From: Macrostomum hystrix
Lineage: Eukaryota; Animalia; Platyhelminthes
NCBI GenBank assembly: GCA_950097015.1
Contig: CATNEN010000012.1
Coordinates: 992,001-1,056,000, forward strand
Length of the DNA stretch: 64,000 bases
Direction of reading: 5' to 3'
In this document: piece after piece, positions 49,803-62,092 of the stretch
Position numbering within the stretch: the stretch's first letter is position 1
Layout: each line of letters begins with the position of its first letter
The notes under the pieces: model-generated
The model's input: the letters and a program-made list of their open reading frames with translations, nothing else
Told to the model about the DNA's origin: nothing
Databases searched by the model: none
Made by a program: the position numbers and the translations under genes

Positions 49803-50810
49803 GACATCTCTCCCGTGTCTTATCTCTCATGTGTCTTATCTCTCCCGTGTCTCATCTCTCCCGTGTCTCATCTCTCCCGTGTCTCATCTCTCCCGTGTCT
49901 TATCTCTCCCGTGTCTCATCTCTCCCGTGTCTCATCTCTCCCGTGTCTCATCTCTCCCGTGTCTCATCTCTCCCGTGTCTCATCTCTCCCGTGTCTCATC
50001 TCGCCCCTGTCTCATCTCTCTACTGTGTCATCTCTCCACTGTCTCATCTCTCCCATGTCTCATCTCTCCCATGTCTCATCTCTCCCTTGTCTCATCTCTC
50101 CCGTGTCTCATCTCTCCAGTGTCTTATCTCTCCCGTGTCTCATCTCTCCCGTGTCTCATCTCTCCCGTGTCTCATCTCTCCCGTGTCTCATCTCTCCCGT
50201 GTCTCATCTCTCCTGTGTCTCATCTCTCCACTGTCTCATCTCTTCCGTGTCTCATCTCTCCCGTGTCTTACCTCTCCTGTGTCTCATCTCTCCACTGTCT
50301 CATCTCTCCACTGTCTCATCTCTCCCGTGTCTCACCTCTCCTGTGTCTCATCTCTCCTGTGTATCATCTCTCCTCTGTATCATCTCTCCACTGTCTCATC
50401 TCTCCCGTGTCTTATCTCTCCCGTGTCTCATCTCTCCCGTGTCTTATCTCTCCCGTGTCTCATCTCTCCCGTGTCTCATCTCTCTACTGTCTCATCCCTC
50501 TACTGTCTCATCTCTCCCGTGTCTCATCTCTCCTGTGTCTCATCTCTCCACTGTCTCATCTCTTCCGTGTCTCATCTCTCCCGTGTCTTACCTCTCCTGT
50601 GTCTCATCTCTCCACTGTCTCATCTCTCCACTGTCTCATCTCTCCCGTGTCTCACCTCTCCTGTGTCTCATCTCTCCTCTGTATCATCTCTCCTCTGTAT
50701 CATCTCTCCACTGTCTCATCTCTCCCGTGTCTTATCTCTCCCGTGTCTCATCTCTCCCGTGTCTCATCTCTCTACTGTCTCATCCCTCTACTGTCTCATC
50801 TCTCTACTCC
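49803..50810 (-). repeat. 16-bp minisatellite in the opposite orientation (TCTCATCTCTCCCGTG)
   Basis: About 63 units; source of the spurious (CLISPVSHLSRVSSLP)n ORFs. Confidence 0.96.
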
Positions 50811-51487
50811 GCTGTTTTTTTCTTCAGGCAGTTGGTCATCAACGGTGTTAATGTCTTTACAAAACCCCAAGCTGTCCGCGACTGCGCCCCAAATGAATGT
50901 GGCCACGCTGCTGAATCGAGCCCTGGAACCTTAGTGCAAGAGGAAAAAGCATATGTGTTCCTTCACTTGCCCCAAGCAAATAATCACCTTAATTTCAATG
51001 CTTGAAAGTACAAAATAGCTCACCTGGCTGGACTCAACAATAAAGTGTTCTCTTTTAGTTTGGACTCTGCACCGCTCCCTGAACTGCGGCCAAGCTCTCT
51101 GTCCATCCTGCCAAAGCAGACTTTGACTACTGAGTCTAAATGGAAGAACCTGCCGTTCAGGTTGGTGTGCCTCGATAAATCTACGGCTGGCCTCTCATAC
51201 TCTCCCTTCTGATTGGTTGAAAGATTTGAAGGTGCCAAGAGGTGATAAGATTATTAATAAAATTTAGAATAGTGAATTTATTATTTTTATTCAAGTCAGT
51301 AGAGCCACATCTCACCCGTCAATGCTGTCAATAACAAATCACAATATGTAAAAAGTGAACATTTGTAGTTCCAAAAGCCTGATTAAAATGATTGACGTGA
51401 GCAAACACAAAAAAATAATTATTTTCTGTGATTTCCGGATAAAATTATTGGATCCAATACTTGCTTCTAAGAAGCACTTTCGCATAA

Positions 51488-52070
51488 TCAGCCATCCCAC
51501 TTACCCACAATCAGCCATCCCACTTACCCACAATCATCCATCCCACTTACCCACAGTCATCCATCCCACTTACCCACAATCAGCCATCCCACTTACCCAC
51601 AGTCATCCATCCCACTTACCCACAATCAGCCATCCCACTAACCCACAGTCATCCATCCCACTTACCCACAATCAGCCATCTCACTAACCCACAGTCATCC
51701 ATCCCACTTACCCACAATCAGCCATCCCACTTACCCACAGTCATCCATCCCACTTACCCACAGTCATCCATCCCACTTACCCACAGTCATCCATCCCACT
51801 TACCCACAGTCATCCATCCCACTTACCCACAGTCATCCATCCCACTGACCCACAATCAGCCATCCCACTTACCCACAGTCATCCATCCCACTTACCCACA
51901 GTCATCCATCCCACTGACCCACAATCAGCCATCCCACTTACCCACAATCATCCATCCCACTTACCCACAATCAGCCATCCCACTAACCCACAGTCATCCA
52001 TCCCACTTACCCACAGTCATCCATCCCACTTACCCACAGTCATCCATCCCACTTACCCACAGTCATCCAT
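51488..52070 (-). repeat. 23-bp minisatellite (minus strand GGATGGATGACTGTGGGTAAGTG) downstream of the cadherin stop
   Basis: 25 units; 20 contain GGTAAGTG on the minus strand. Confidence 0.95.
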
Positions 52071-52715
52071 GCCACCCACCCATTCAACGTGGGACAAAAG
52101 AAATCAAGGCAAACTATCAGAACTTTGAAATAATCTTTTAAGTCGAATCGAGTGTTATAAAGTAGCTTGGAAAAGAAAAACATTCATAAAAGAACAGAAC
52201 TCTGTTGCAAAAAAAGGATATACTTTTTAGTAACCTGTTATTTGAACTTTGATTTCAGGTATGAGAAAACTACATGCTACTGAACTACTGAATGCGAGTT
52301 ATAGATATTTGCGGTGATTTTGTGAAGTGTCAAAGAGAGTTCAGAGCAAATTTTTTTACTTAAGAAGCTCAGAAAACAGTTTAGCACTCTTTTCACAGAA
52401 AGTAATTTGCTGTCAAACTGTCATTTTATGTCTGTCAAATTTTAGGAAAACAGAATTCTAAACGCCCAAATTTTCATAGAAATTACTATTGATTTTGAAT
52501 TATTTATACAAACGTTTCCGAGAAAGAGTTTGCAAAATAACAAATTTTCTCAACCTCTTTAAAAAGGCGATGTAAAAATATTTTAGTTTTTTGTACAAGG
52601 TAAAATCTGGGAAGTTATTTATCGGAAACCGGTCAGTGGGACTGAAATGACAAGGATGACACTGCCCAGTTATCTGGTGCTATAAGCGTTATGGAAGAAC
52701 TTCAATCAGTGCCAA

Positions 52716-55700
52716 TCAAAAGTCCAGAGTGGCATCTCCTCCGCCTAAACTACCCACTGGCGAGGCTCTGCCATTGTTGTAATTATCATATGTGGAGTCC
52801 TGCTGCCGCGGCTGCTGCGGCTGATCGAAATCCGCCTTTGGCGTGGTTGTCCTGTTGTTGCTGGTCTCCTGCACCCCCTTGTTCTGTCCCTGGTTCTCCT
52901 TGATCAGATAGCGCCCCTTCGGCTTCGGATGGTGCCGCGGGTGCTTGTCCTGGTTCAGCTCCAGGATCTGGCGTTCCTTGATCGGCGGCGGCTTCACCGG
53001 CTGGCTGGCCGGAGCCGAGGGCGCCTGCGTGGCGCAGCCGGCCTTGGCGCACACCACCAGGCCGTAGATTGCCGCGGCCAGCAGCGCGGCTGCAGCCAAG
53101 GCAGCCAGCACCAGCAGCAGGATGCCCCACCAGGTCTGGTACCAGGGCGTCGAGGCCGTCTGCGGATAAGGCTCCACCTTCACAATGGGCGTGCTGGTAA
53201 AATCGGAGCCTTTCAAAATCGCCGTCGGGGTGCCGGACGAGTCGAAGCGCCAGAAGGCGAGCAGGTCAGTGTAGGGCACGAACTGCTTGTCCACAGAGAT
53301 GTAAGTGATGTTATCAGTGAGCACGTTGGCCAGGGCGTAGAAGTAGCCAACAATGTTGCCATTGTAGGAATGGTACTTCCATTGGCCAACCCGATTGTTT
53401 GGGTATTTTCCAACCAGGGTTTTGGCCAGGTTGGTCTTAATAGTGCTCAGGTAGGTTAGGTAGTTGGCTTCGCTCATTGAGAAGTGGATCAGCACGATGT
53501 AGTCTGCAGCTGGGAATGTGTCGATGCGAACCGTGGACGGCGAGGAGGTCAGCTGCGGACTGCCGCTGTCCCTGGCTACTACGTATTGCGTATAGATCTT
53601 GTAGTTCTCCACGCTGTTGAGTGTGTTTCGGTTGACAACGCCCGTTGTGGCGTCGATGTTGAAGTAGGGCGTATTGCTGAACCAGTAGTAGGACACAACT
53701 CCGCCACTGCCGCTGTCCGGATCCGTCGCCGTGATGGTGACTATCTTCATGTTGCCATCATCCACCTGCGGCACCTCGGCGTTGTAGAACGACGACATCG
53801 ATGGTGCATTGTCGTTGACGTCTTCCACGATGATGTAGACACTAGCTGAACCGCTTCGCTGCGGCGTAGTGCCGTTGTCGTAAATGAGGATCGGGAAGCT
53901 GGAGTGTGAGGGCGAGGATTCGATTGTTTAAGTTTTAGGCAGCGCTTGTTGAGATAAAGTCAGTTTTTAGTTTATCACCCTACCCGAGGGTCAGCTACCA
54001 AATTTATCACCTGAAACAATCAGTCTTGCGTACAACTCGCAAAATGAAACAACATTCTTGTTTTCGTATCAGTTCTTCCCGACACAACCAGGCCTCCTGT
54101 CGACTGAGATGAAAATTCAGTTTTACTCACTGGAAGAAGCTGGTGTTCTCACGATCCAGGCTTCGCTGTGTGGTCATCAGGCCCGTGGCGCTGTTCAGGC
54201 TAAAAAAAAAGCTGGCGAAAGCGCCAGCTGTGTCGGAAGTGTTGATACGGTAGATGAGCACGGCATTGTTGCCCGTGTCCAGATCCGAGCCAGTCACTGT
54301 GAGCACATTGTAGCCTATGCTGACATTCTCCTTGACTGTGGCATTGTAGTAAGTCTGGCTGTAGACTGGGTCGTGGTCGTTAGCGTCGGAAATGAAAATA
54401 GTGACCGTGAGACAGTTGGTGGCCGTCTTGGAAGGTGTGGCTCCGTCCCAGGCTACAATGCGCAGGTAGTAGGTGTCCAGCATCTCCCGATCCAGGGCGG
54501 CCACGCTAATGCTGATGTCGCCGGTGGTGGAGCTGATGCTGAAGTAGTTGTTGCCCTGCAGGTAGGCGTCAATAGCGTAATACACGACATTATTTGCCGG
54601 GCCGGCGTCGTTGTCCGTAGCCCTGACGTTTCCAATTAATGTTCCCACAGGCGAGTTCTCAATGATTTGGAAGTTGTAGGAGCTGTTCACCCACGCCGGT
54701 GCGAACTCGTTCACATCCGTGACCGTTACAGTGAGAGAAGTGGTTGCCGACAGAGCCGGACTGCCGTTGTCATGAACGACCAGCGTCAGATTCCAAACTC
54801 CGACGGACTCTCGATTCAGGCCGCTGCTCTTGGCTGTCTCGACCCGGCCGGTGGCGTTGTCGATACGGAACAGGCTCAGCGTGTCGCCGGAGGTAATGGC
54901 GTAGGTCAGCACGCCGAAGGTGCTGTCTCGATCCGTTGCGCTCACCGTAGTCACCAGCGTGCCCAAGGACGCGCCCTCGGACACAAAAGCGGTGAATGGA
55001 GCCGACACCCACTGAGCAATGACATTGAAGGTGAAACAGGTGTAATGTTAAAGGACTGACTGACTTGGATATCAAATCCAGAACCACAAATGATCGTTTG
55101 ATTCTCACCGTCGGCGTGTTGTCGTTCACATCAGTGATGGTGACATTCACAACGCAGGTGCCGATGAGCGGTGGGGTGCCGCCGTCGGTGGCCAGAATTC
55201 GCAGGCTGTAGAAAGACTTCTGCTCTCGATCAAGCGACTGGGCCACAGAGATCACTCCTGTGTTGGAGTTGACGCTGAAGTTTCCCTGGTCTCCAGCACC
55301 ATCGTTGCTGACCATCGAGTAAGTGATAACGGCATTCACGCCTGTATCAGCGTCGGATGCGTACACGGTAGCTATGACGGTGTTAATAGCAGAGTTCTCA
55401 GCCACACTAGTCACCATTTGAGCGAATGAGAACGTTGGCGCATTGTCGTTCAAGTCGGACAAAGTAATCGTGAATAGAGCCTGGTTAGTCCTAGCCGGCG
55501 TTCCCAAGTCGGTCAGCCTGACCATCACCGTGTGCACCGCCAGAGTCTCCCGGTCTGGATTTGCCGTTGTGGTCATCACACAGCCGTAGGTGCTTATTGT
55601 GAAGATGGCCGGTGTTGATTGACTAGCAATCGAACAGGTGACATTCCGCCTAAGCCAGTGTCCACATCGGATGTGACAACATTTGTAACAGTGAATCCGG

Positions 55701-58700
55701 ATCCGACATTCTCAGCGATAGTCCTGGAGAAGGCGTTGCTGGCGCTGAACTGGGGATCATTATCGTTGACGTCAGTTATGCTGACAGTCAGTGTGAAGGT
55801 GTTGGACCTTGGTGGAGTGCCCTTGTCGTAGGCCACAATGAACAATTGAAAGACCTTAGATGTTGCCGTGTCGTAGTCGATGGCGTTCTGCAGGAAGACG
55901 TTGCCAGTTTTGTTGTCAACAGCGAAGTACGAGGCGACGGGCGACACAGAGGACAGGCCATAGGCCACGCTGCCGCTCAGACCGTGGTCCGCGTCAGTAG
56001 CGCTGGCATTGTAGAGCGAGGCACCAACAGCCGTGGACTCTGGCACGGAAATCGTGAACGATCCAACGGCAAAGGACGGTGTTAAGCGATTGGCCTCGAC
56101 AATGTTCACGGTGACTGTAGCCGTGCCCGTCAGGGTTGGCAGGCCTCGGTCAGTGGCGATGAGCACCAGGGTGAATTGAGACGCGTCCGAGGCCAGGCTG
56201 AACGTCTTGCTGGTCTGCAGAACGAAGCCGCTGACTGCGAACTGGTTGTTGGGCGCTGAAGGACGGAGGTGGAGTGATTTTAGAGCCACTCTTCACTGTT
56301 GAGACTGCATCAATTTTTTCTCACTAAAAGCTGAGGGTAATGTAATATGAATACAAAATATTCGCCGAAAATACTGGAGTGCAACCCCGCAATCGTAACT
56401 AAGTGACAGTGAAATGGCGCTAACCAATGAATGTGCAGTTGTATATGTTCTTGTAAATGTTCTTAACACTTAAAGTACTTAACAGTAGAAATACCAATGA
56501 GGGAATTTCCTTGTGTCGGGAAAATTTTTGTGCTGCACCCGAACGGAGCAACGCATGCATACGAAAAACGGGCGGCAAAATGGCTTGGTACGTAGTTTTA
56601 CTGTTAAGCTTACAAGGCAGAACTCCCGACTGAATCTGCAGAGTGAGGTTGGCATTCGCTCCAGTGTCTGCATCGGTCAGCATAGTGGCGGAACTGAAGT
56701 CGAACAGTGTATTTGGTGGCGTATTGCCTTCCGTCACGTTGATTGTTAAGTGCTTCGTTGGGAACACCGGAGCGTTGTCATTCTCGTCGCTGATTGTAAT
56801 AACCACAATGACGCTTGTTGTAGCTGATAGGCCAGCGAGGTCCTGAGCTGCCACAGTCAGGGTGACTGTGGCCAACTGTTCACGATCTAGCAACTGGGCG
56901 GTACTGATGACGCCACTGTTCGGGTTGATGCTGAACCAGCCATTGGTGTTGCCGGAAGTTATGGAGTAAACAATGGTGAAGTGGCTCGAGTTGCCCTTGT
57001 CGGCGTCGGTGGCCGAGATGCTGACTGCGCTGCCGGTGCCGCCGCTGCCAGTGGTCAGGGTGAGGGCGGTGCCAATAGGAGTGGCCGTGTTCTCCATCAC
57101 TGTCGAGTAAACAATAGCAGGCGTCGAGAAGATCGGATTGTTGTCATTGACAGGCAGCACTGTCACAGTCGTAGTGTAGGTTGTAGTCTTCAGCCCGCCA
57201 AGAGTTGGCACCGTGTCCGACACCCTGACCATCACGACGTAGCTGGTGGTGCCACTCTCGTAATCTAGCACGGTGGCTGAGGTCACCACTCCGCTGCTGC
57301 TAACGCTGAATGAAGAGCCAGCATTCATGGCGTAGTTGAAAGTCGTTGTCGTCTTGTCGCTATCGGTGCACCCGGTGATGCTGAAGACCGTGGTGCCACT
57401 GGCCGAGTTTTCCGGTACGCTGGCGGAGTTGACGCTGGTGCAGACGGGGGCGAATTCGTTCACGTCGGACACCTGGAAAGACAGACAGCCAAGGAAATGA
57501 CAGCACCTGTGTCAGATTTAACCTGTCTTCACCAAGAAAATCAATTGAAATCGGATAACTCACGCTGACAGTGAACACAACAGTGGTGGACATTGCGGGG
57601 CTGCCATTGTCGGTAACCAGCGCTGTCAGGTAGTGGATTGTGGTGTTCTCGAAGTCCAGATTTTTGGATAGCACCAGGGCACCGGTGGTCGGGTGGATTG
57701 CGAAGTGATTGTCGCTGGTGGCGGTCAGAGAATAGGTCAACGACTGCAGAGTGTTATTATCAGAGCACTGGACAATGGGAGATGTGAGGCTGTACAACTG
57801 AGAGCCCAGAGACAGGTCCTCCTGAACGGCCGGTGTCACCACCGATACTGAGCAGGATGGCGCGATGTTGACGCTGGTCACCGCTATGATAACGGTAGCT
57901 GTCGCTGTGTACGGCCCGGCACCCGAATTGTCAACGGCCAAAACCTGCGGACAAGGGTGTTGTTATTTAAAAAAACTTAAAACTATTTCACATGGATGTG
58001 CTCCACTGACCAAACGGTGCAGGTAAATTACATTCGCTGCCAAGTTCAAAGAGGACTCACCTGAATAGCTACAGTCTGGAAGGTGTTGTAGTCTAATTTA
58101 GCGGAGGTCTTGGACACCACTCCGGTGCTTGGATTCACGGTGAAGTAGGTATTGGCCGGCGAGAACGAATAGGAGACAGTCTTGAAGGCGGTTGTTATGT
58201 CAGCGTCGGTGGCGGCCACGGTTGTGACTGTTGCTACCGTGGTTGAGCCCTCAGTCACTGTGCCTGTGTAGGTGCTCTGGGTGAAGATTGGCGCATTGTC
58301 ATTGATGTCAGTCACCGTAATGGTCAAGGCGCCTGTGCCAGTCCTTGGCGTGCTGCCACCGTCAGTGGCCTCAACGGTGAGGACAAAGCTGGTCAGACCG
58401 GCTGGAAACAGGGCCTCGTAGTCTAACGAGCGCCCGGAGGTTACGTAGATGTCGCCGGCGCTGTTGATGGAGAAATAGCCGCTGGAATCGCCGGAGGTGA
58501 TACGGTAGCTCTTGACATTGTCCGGCGAGGCGTCGGCGTCGGCGGCGACGAAGCTGGCGACCAGTTGACCGCCGAGGACAGGCTCCGGCACGCTGACAGT
58601 CCTGTTGGTGAAGCTTGGCGTGTGCTGGTTCACATTGGTGATGGTGACGTAGACATTCGCCGTAGCGAACTGATTGGCGTTGTTCCTGTCCACAGCGTAG

Positions 58701-61700
58701 ACGATCAGCTGAAAATATAAAAATCAATGAAATTGAAGCTACTTTCTTCAGATTATTGAAGTGTTCATTTATTTCTATTCAGATGGCAATCTTGTTCTCA
58801 TCCCGATCCGGATATCCTAAGTCCCAGTTACCCTGTACGAGGAGACTCCCGAGTCGTAGCTGGCACCGCCAGTGTAGCTGACCACACCGGTGCCCGCATC
58901 GACGGTGAAGCTCGTTGTGTTGCTGTAATAATTAATGCCAAACGTGTCCGCATCGGAGCAGGTGACGGTCACAAGTGGCGTGATTGGGCCGCTGGTTTCA
59001 GCGAAGCTGGCCAGGTAAGTGCTGGGGTTGCAGATGGGAAAATTGTCGTTGATGTCAGACAGGCTGACGGTGAATGACAGCGTGGCACTGCTGGAAGGCG
59101 TGCCGCCGTCCCTGATAGTCAGGACCATCGGATACGAGGCGATGGTCTCGCGGTCTACCAAGCTGGTCAGTACAAGCTTGTCGCAGGCTGCAGTAACGCT
59201 GAAGTGCAAAGAAATTAACCCGCTTGAAAAGTCCTTATCTCTCGCCTAGACTGTTTCATTATAATACTTACGCGAACAACATTTAGCCATCAGCCTGAAC
59301 CTTCTTTGAACCCTAGGCTAGAGTCTTACCTGAACGGACTGCCCGCCGGGCTCAGTGAGCACGTGAATGTGCCATCTGTTCCTGCGTCGTTATCGTTAGC
59401 TGAGATGGAAGCGATGTCGCCAACGGCCTGATTCTCCGGGATTGTGATTGTGGTGCCGGCCGGGAATGAAACGGTGGGCAAATTGTCGTTGGTCAGCGAC
59501 ACCGAGACGCTCACGGTGGCCGTTGAAGTCAGAGATAGCGGCGAGCCAGAGTCGGCACAGGCAACGGCCAGGATGTAGGACGTGGGAAGATTCGTGGGCT
59601 TGTCTGGTTCGATCAGCAAGTTCGCGGAGATCTGCTTCAGGTTGGTTGCATCCATCTTGAACGCATTGCCAGTGTTGCCACCAACGATTGAACAGTTGAC
59701 GGCCGTGGCGGAGGCGTCCGGATCCGTGACACTCAGCACCGTCACTGCCGCGCCCGCAGCCAGGCCTGAGGAACAATGGAGAGAGCATGTTTGGACGCTG
59801 ATTGGCTGGAGCTGTCAGCCCATTGTGCTGCTCTGCATGAGCCGAAGGTTTCTTGGTGATATTTAATGTGCGATCGATTTAACCGGATACTCACCTTCAG
59901 CCACCTGTAACAGTGGGATAGACGCCAGAGCTTGGTATAAAAGCCGGCGCAAACTCATTGTAATCATCGATTGTGACGCGAATCACTCGGGTTATTGTTA
60001 GCGGCGTGGACGATGTCGGATTGTCGTTTGCCAGCACGGTGATGTCAGCGTAGCTGACGGTCTCGCGGTCGAGAACACCTTTGGTATTGATGCTAACCAC
60101 ACCTGTGACCGAGTTGATTGAGAAGGCGGTGATCAGGTTGGACAGGTCAGAGCCCTTGGCAGACTGGATGCTGTAGGTGAGTGTACCATCGGAGCCTTTG
60201 TCAGCGTCTGTTGCCACGGCAGTGAACACCACAACTCCAGAGTCCGCATTCTCGCTCACGGAGCCAATCGGTGTGGTCGATGTGGCAGGATTGGTGGGCG
60301 TGAAGGTGCCCCAGGATAGGAGTATTGTCATTTAGCGGAGTGATCGCGATGCTGACGGTCACGGAGGTGCTAAGCGCCGGGGAGCCACTATCCGTTACCT
60401 TGATAGTCACGGTGGTGTAGTTGGAGGTGCTGGCTACGTCATAGTCAAGAGGCACGATGGTGCTGACCCGTCCTTGAACGTCAGGGGAGAAATTATTTGT
60501 GATTCAATCTGGAGCAGTCGATGCATCATCGGTCACAGAAAATGAAACTCACCTGTGGTGGAGTCCACGCTAAAGTACCTAGAAGACGGCATGGATCCAA
60601 TAAAGAGTAGGTGATTTGACCATTCACTCCACTGTCAATGTCTGTGCAGCTCATGGAGCCCACAATGTCACCAATGAAGGTCTCGGCCACCGTGACCGAA
60701 ATTGGCGACGCGGGGCAGGTCGGCGTGTTGTCGTTGATGTCGTTAATTGTCACCGTGACGGGCCTCGAAGCCTTGTTGCCACCAGAGTCGATGGCCTGAT
60801 TGCAATCATTTTATACGAGTGAAACAGTAAACAGTAAACCAGATTTCCAAAGGCGCAACACGGAGGGGCGGAGCCGTGTAACGCCTTTGCCTCTCGCACC
60901 AAGGTTTGAAAATAGAGAAGGCTGGGGGCTTGTCGTCCAATTCAAGCCATTAAGGGCCAATCTCCAAGGCACAGTGATTGCACACTGCCTGAGGATGAAG
61001 TCAGGGCAGATGTACACACCTGTGTGAGCGTATGCCTGCTGTACGGCATCTGTGTGTGTGTGTGCTCAGGAGTCAGCGAAATGGTCAGAATTGCCTCCTC
61101 GCTGACTGCGGGTCTAGTGTCACCAAATGATGTGCCATTGCCCAAAGTACTACAGCAATTATTTATTATTAGCCCTTTATCTCACCTCAATGTTGAAGGT
61201 CAGGGTCCCCGATGGCAAGCTGGTTGGAATGTGATCTCGGTCAAACTTGGAATTCGCCTTTGGTGTGCAGGTCGATGTTGAAGCCGTTGTCGTCACGGTG
61301 AAGTAGGCCGCGTGAGTGCCTGGAAAAATCAATCAGCCGCTTTCAGATTGCCTATCAGGAGACTTTGCAGGTTCAATTTCGTTGCTCTAATCTCAAAATT
61401 TGAGAACATTACCACTCAGCGCGCAGTTGATGACATCGGGAGTGTAGGGCGCGGGCAGGCTAGCCTCTGAATCGGTGAAGGTGGCTACGCAGCCGCTGGG
61501 CAGTTCCGTCCCGGCGCTCTGCTCCTCGCTGAAGCTGCACGAGTAGGACGCTGCGTTGAGCGTCGGCGCCACATCGAACGTGTTGTTGATGCTGATCGTC
61601 AGGCCGATATAGGCGGGACCCGGGGTGCCATCGCTAATCGTCACTGTTGCTGTGCAGCTTCTGATAGTTTCGAAGTCCGGCGGAGACAAAACAATTAGGT

Positions 61701-62092
61701 AGGCAGAGTTGGGTGTCGTGTCCACCTGCAGCTGGAAGTAACTGCTGCAGGTGCTGGAGAGTGTCCAGGTGTTTGAGCCACCACCGTTAGTTTTCATCTG
61801 GTTAGTCGGTGAAGTGTCGGCAATGTTAACAATGGTTCCGATGGCTGAGTTCTCCACAATCCAGGCCTGGGCCGGGTTGACAGTCGGCTGGTTGATTGAC
61901 ACTGAATAATTCGATGGCATTGTTGGATAATTATTTACATCACTGATTATAAATGATTAGAACTGATTAAATATTACCATAGAATTTCGGATCTACAAAT
62001 CAAGGGGGACAGTTGAACTCACCTGCGGCATCTGAGCAGTCTGGTTTCTGCGCCAGCAGCAGCAGCAGCGGCAGCAGCAGTGCCGTTATCAT
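52716..62092 (-). CDS. Large non-classical cadherin (~2470 aa, ~20 EC repeats, CDH23/Fat-like ectodomain) with four apparent 1-bp frameshifts. Exons: 62023-62092, 61413-61901, 61186-61319, 60553-60795, 59895-60472, 59330-59765, 58832-59198, 58061-58708, 57564-57944, 56614-57472, 55109-56255, 54131-55011, 52716-53898
   Basis: Signal peptide MITALLLPLLLLLA; repeated DxNDNxP, LDRE/LDYE and A.D.D motifs; TM WWGILLLVLAALAAAALLAAAIYGLVV; short tail ending ATLDF. Exon lengths fit the splice phases only after correcting the four indels. Confidence 0.92.
60845..61170 (+). mobile_element. SINE family 2 copy with a deleted/rearranged head, antisense in cadherin intron 3
   Basis: Highly similar to 37045-37310 over ~250 bp (AAGGGCCAA...GTCAGGGCAGATGTACACACC...GCGGGTCTAGTGTCACCAAATGATGTGCC); the B box is missing. 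Confidence 0.9.

Noticed and set aside
55640-60605. Programmed ribosomal frameshifting or compensating frameshift pairs in the cadherin
   Set aside because: There are no slippery heptamers, and the shifted frame after ~60602 hits a stop early in the next exon, so the indels do not compensate.
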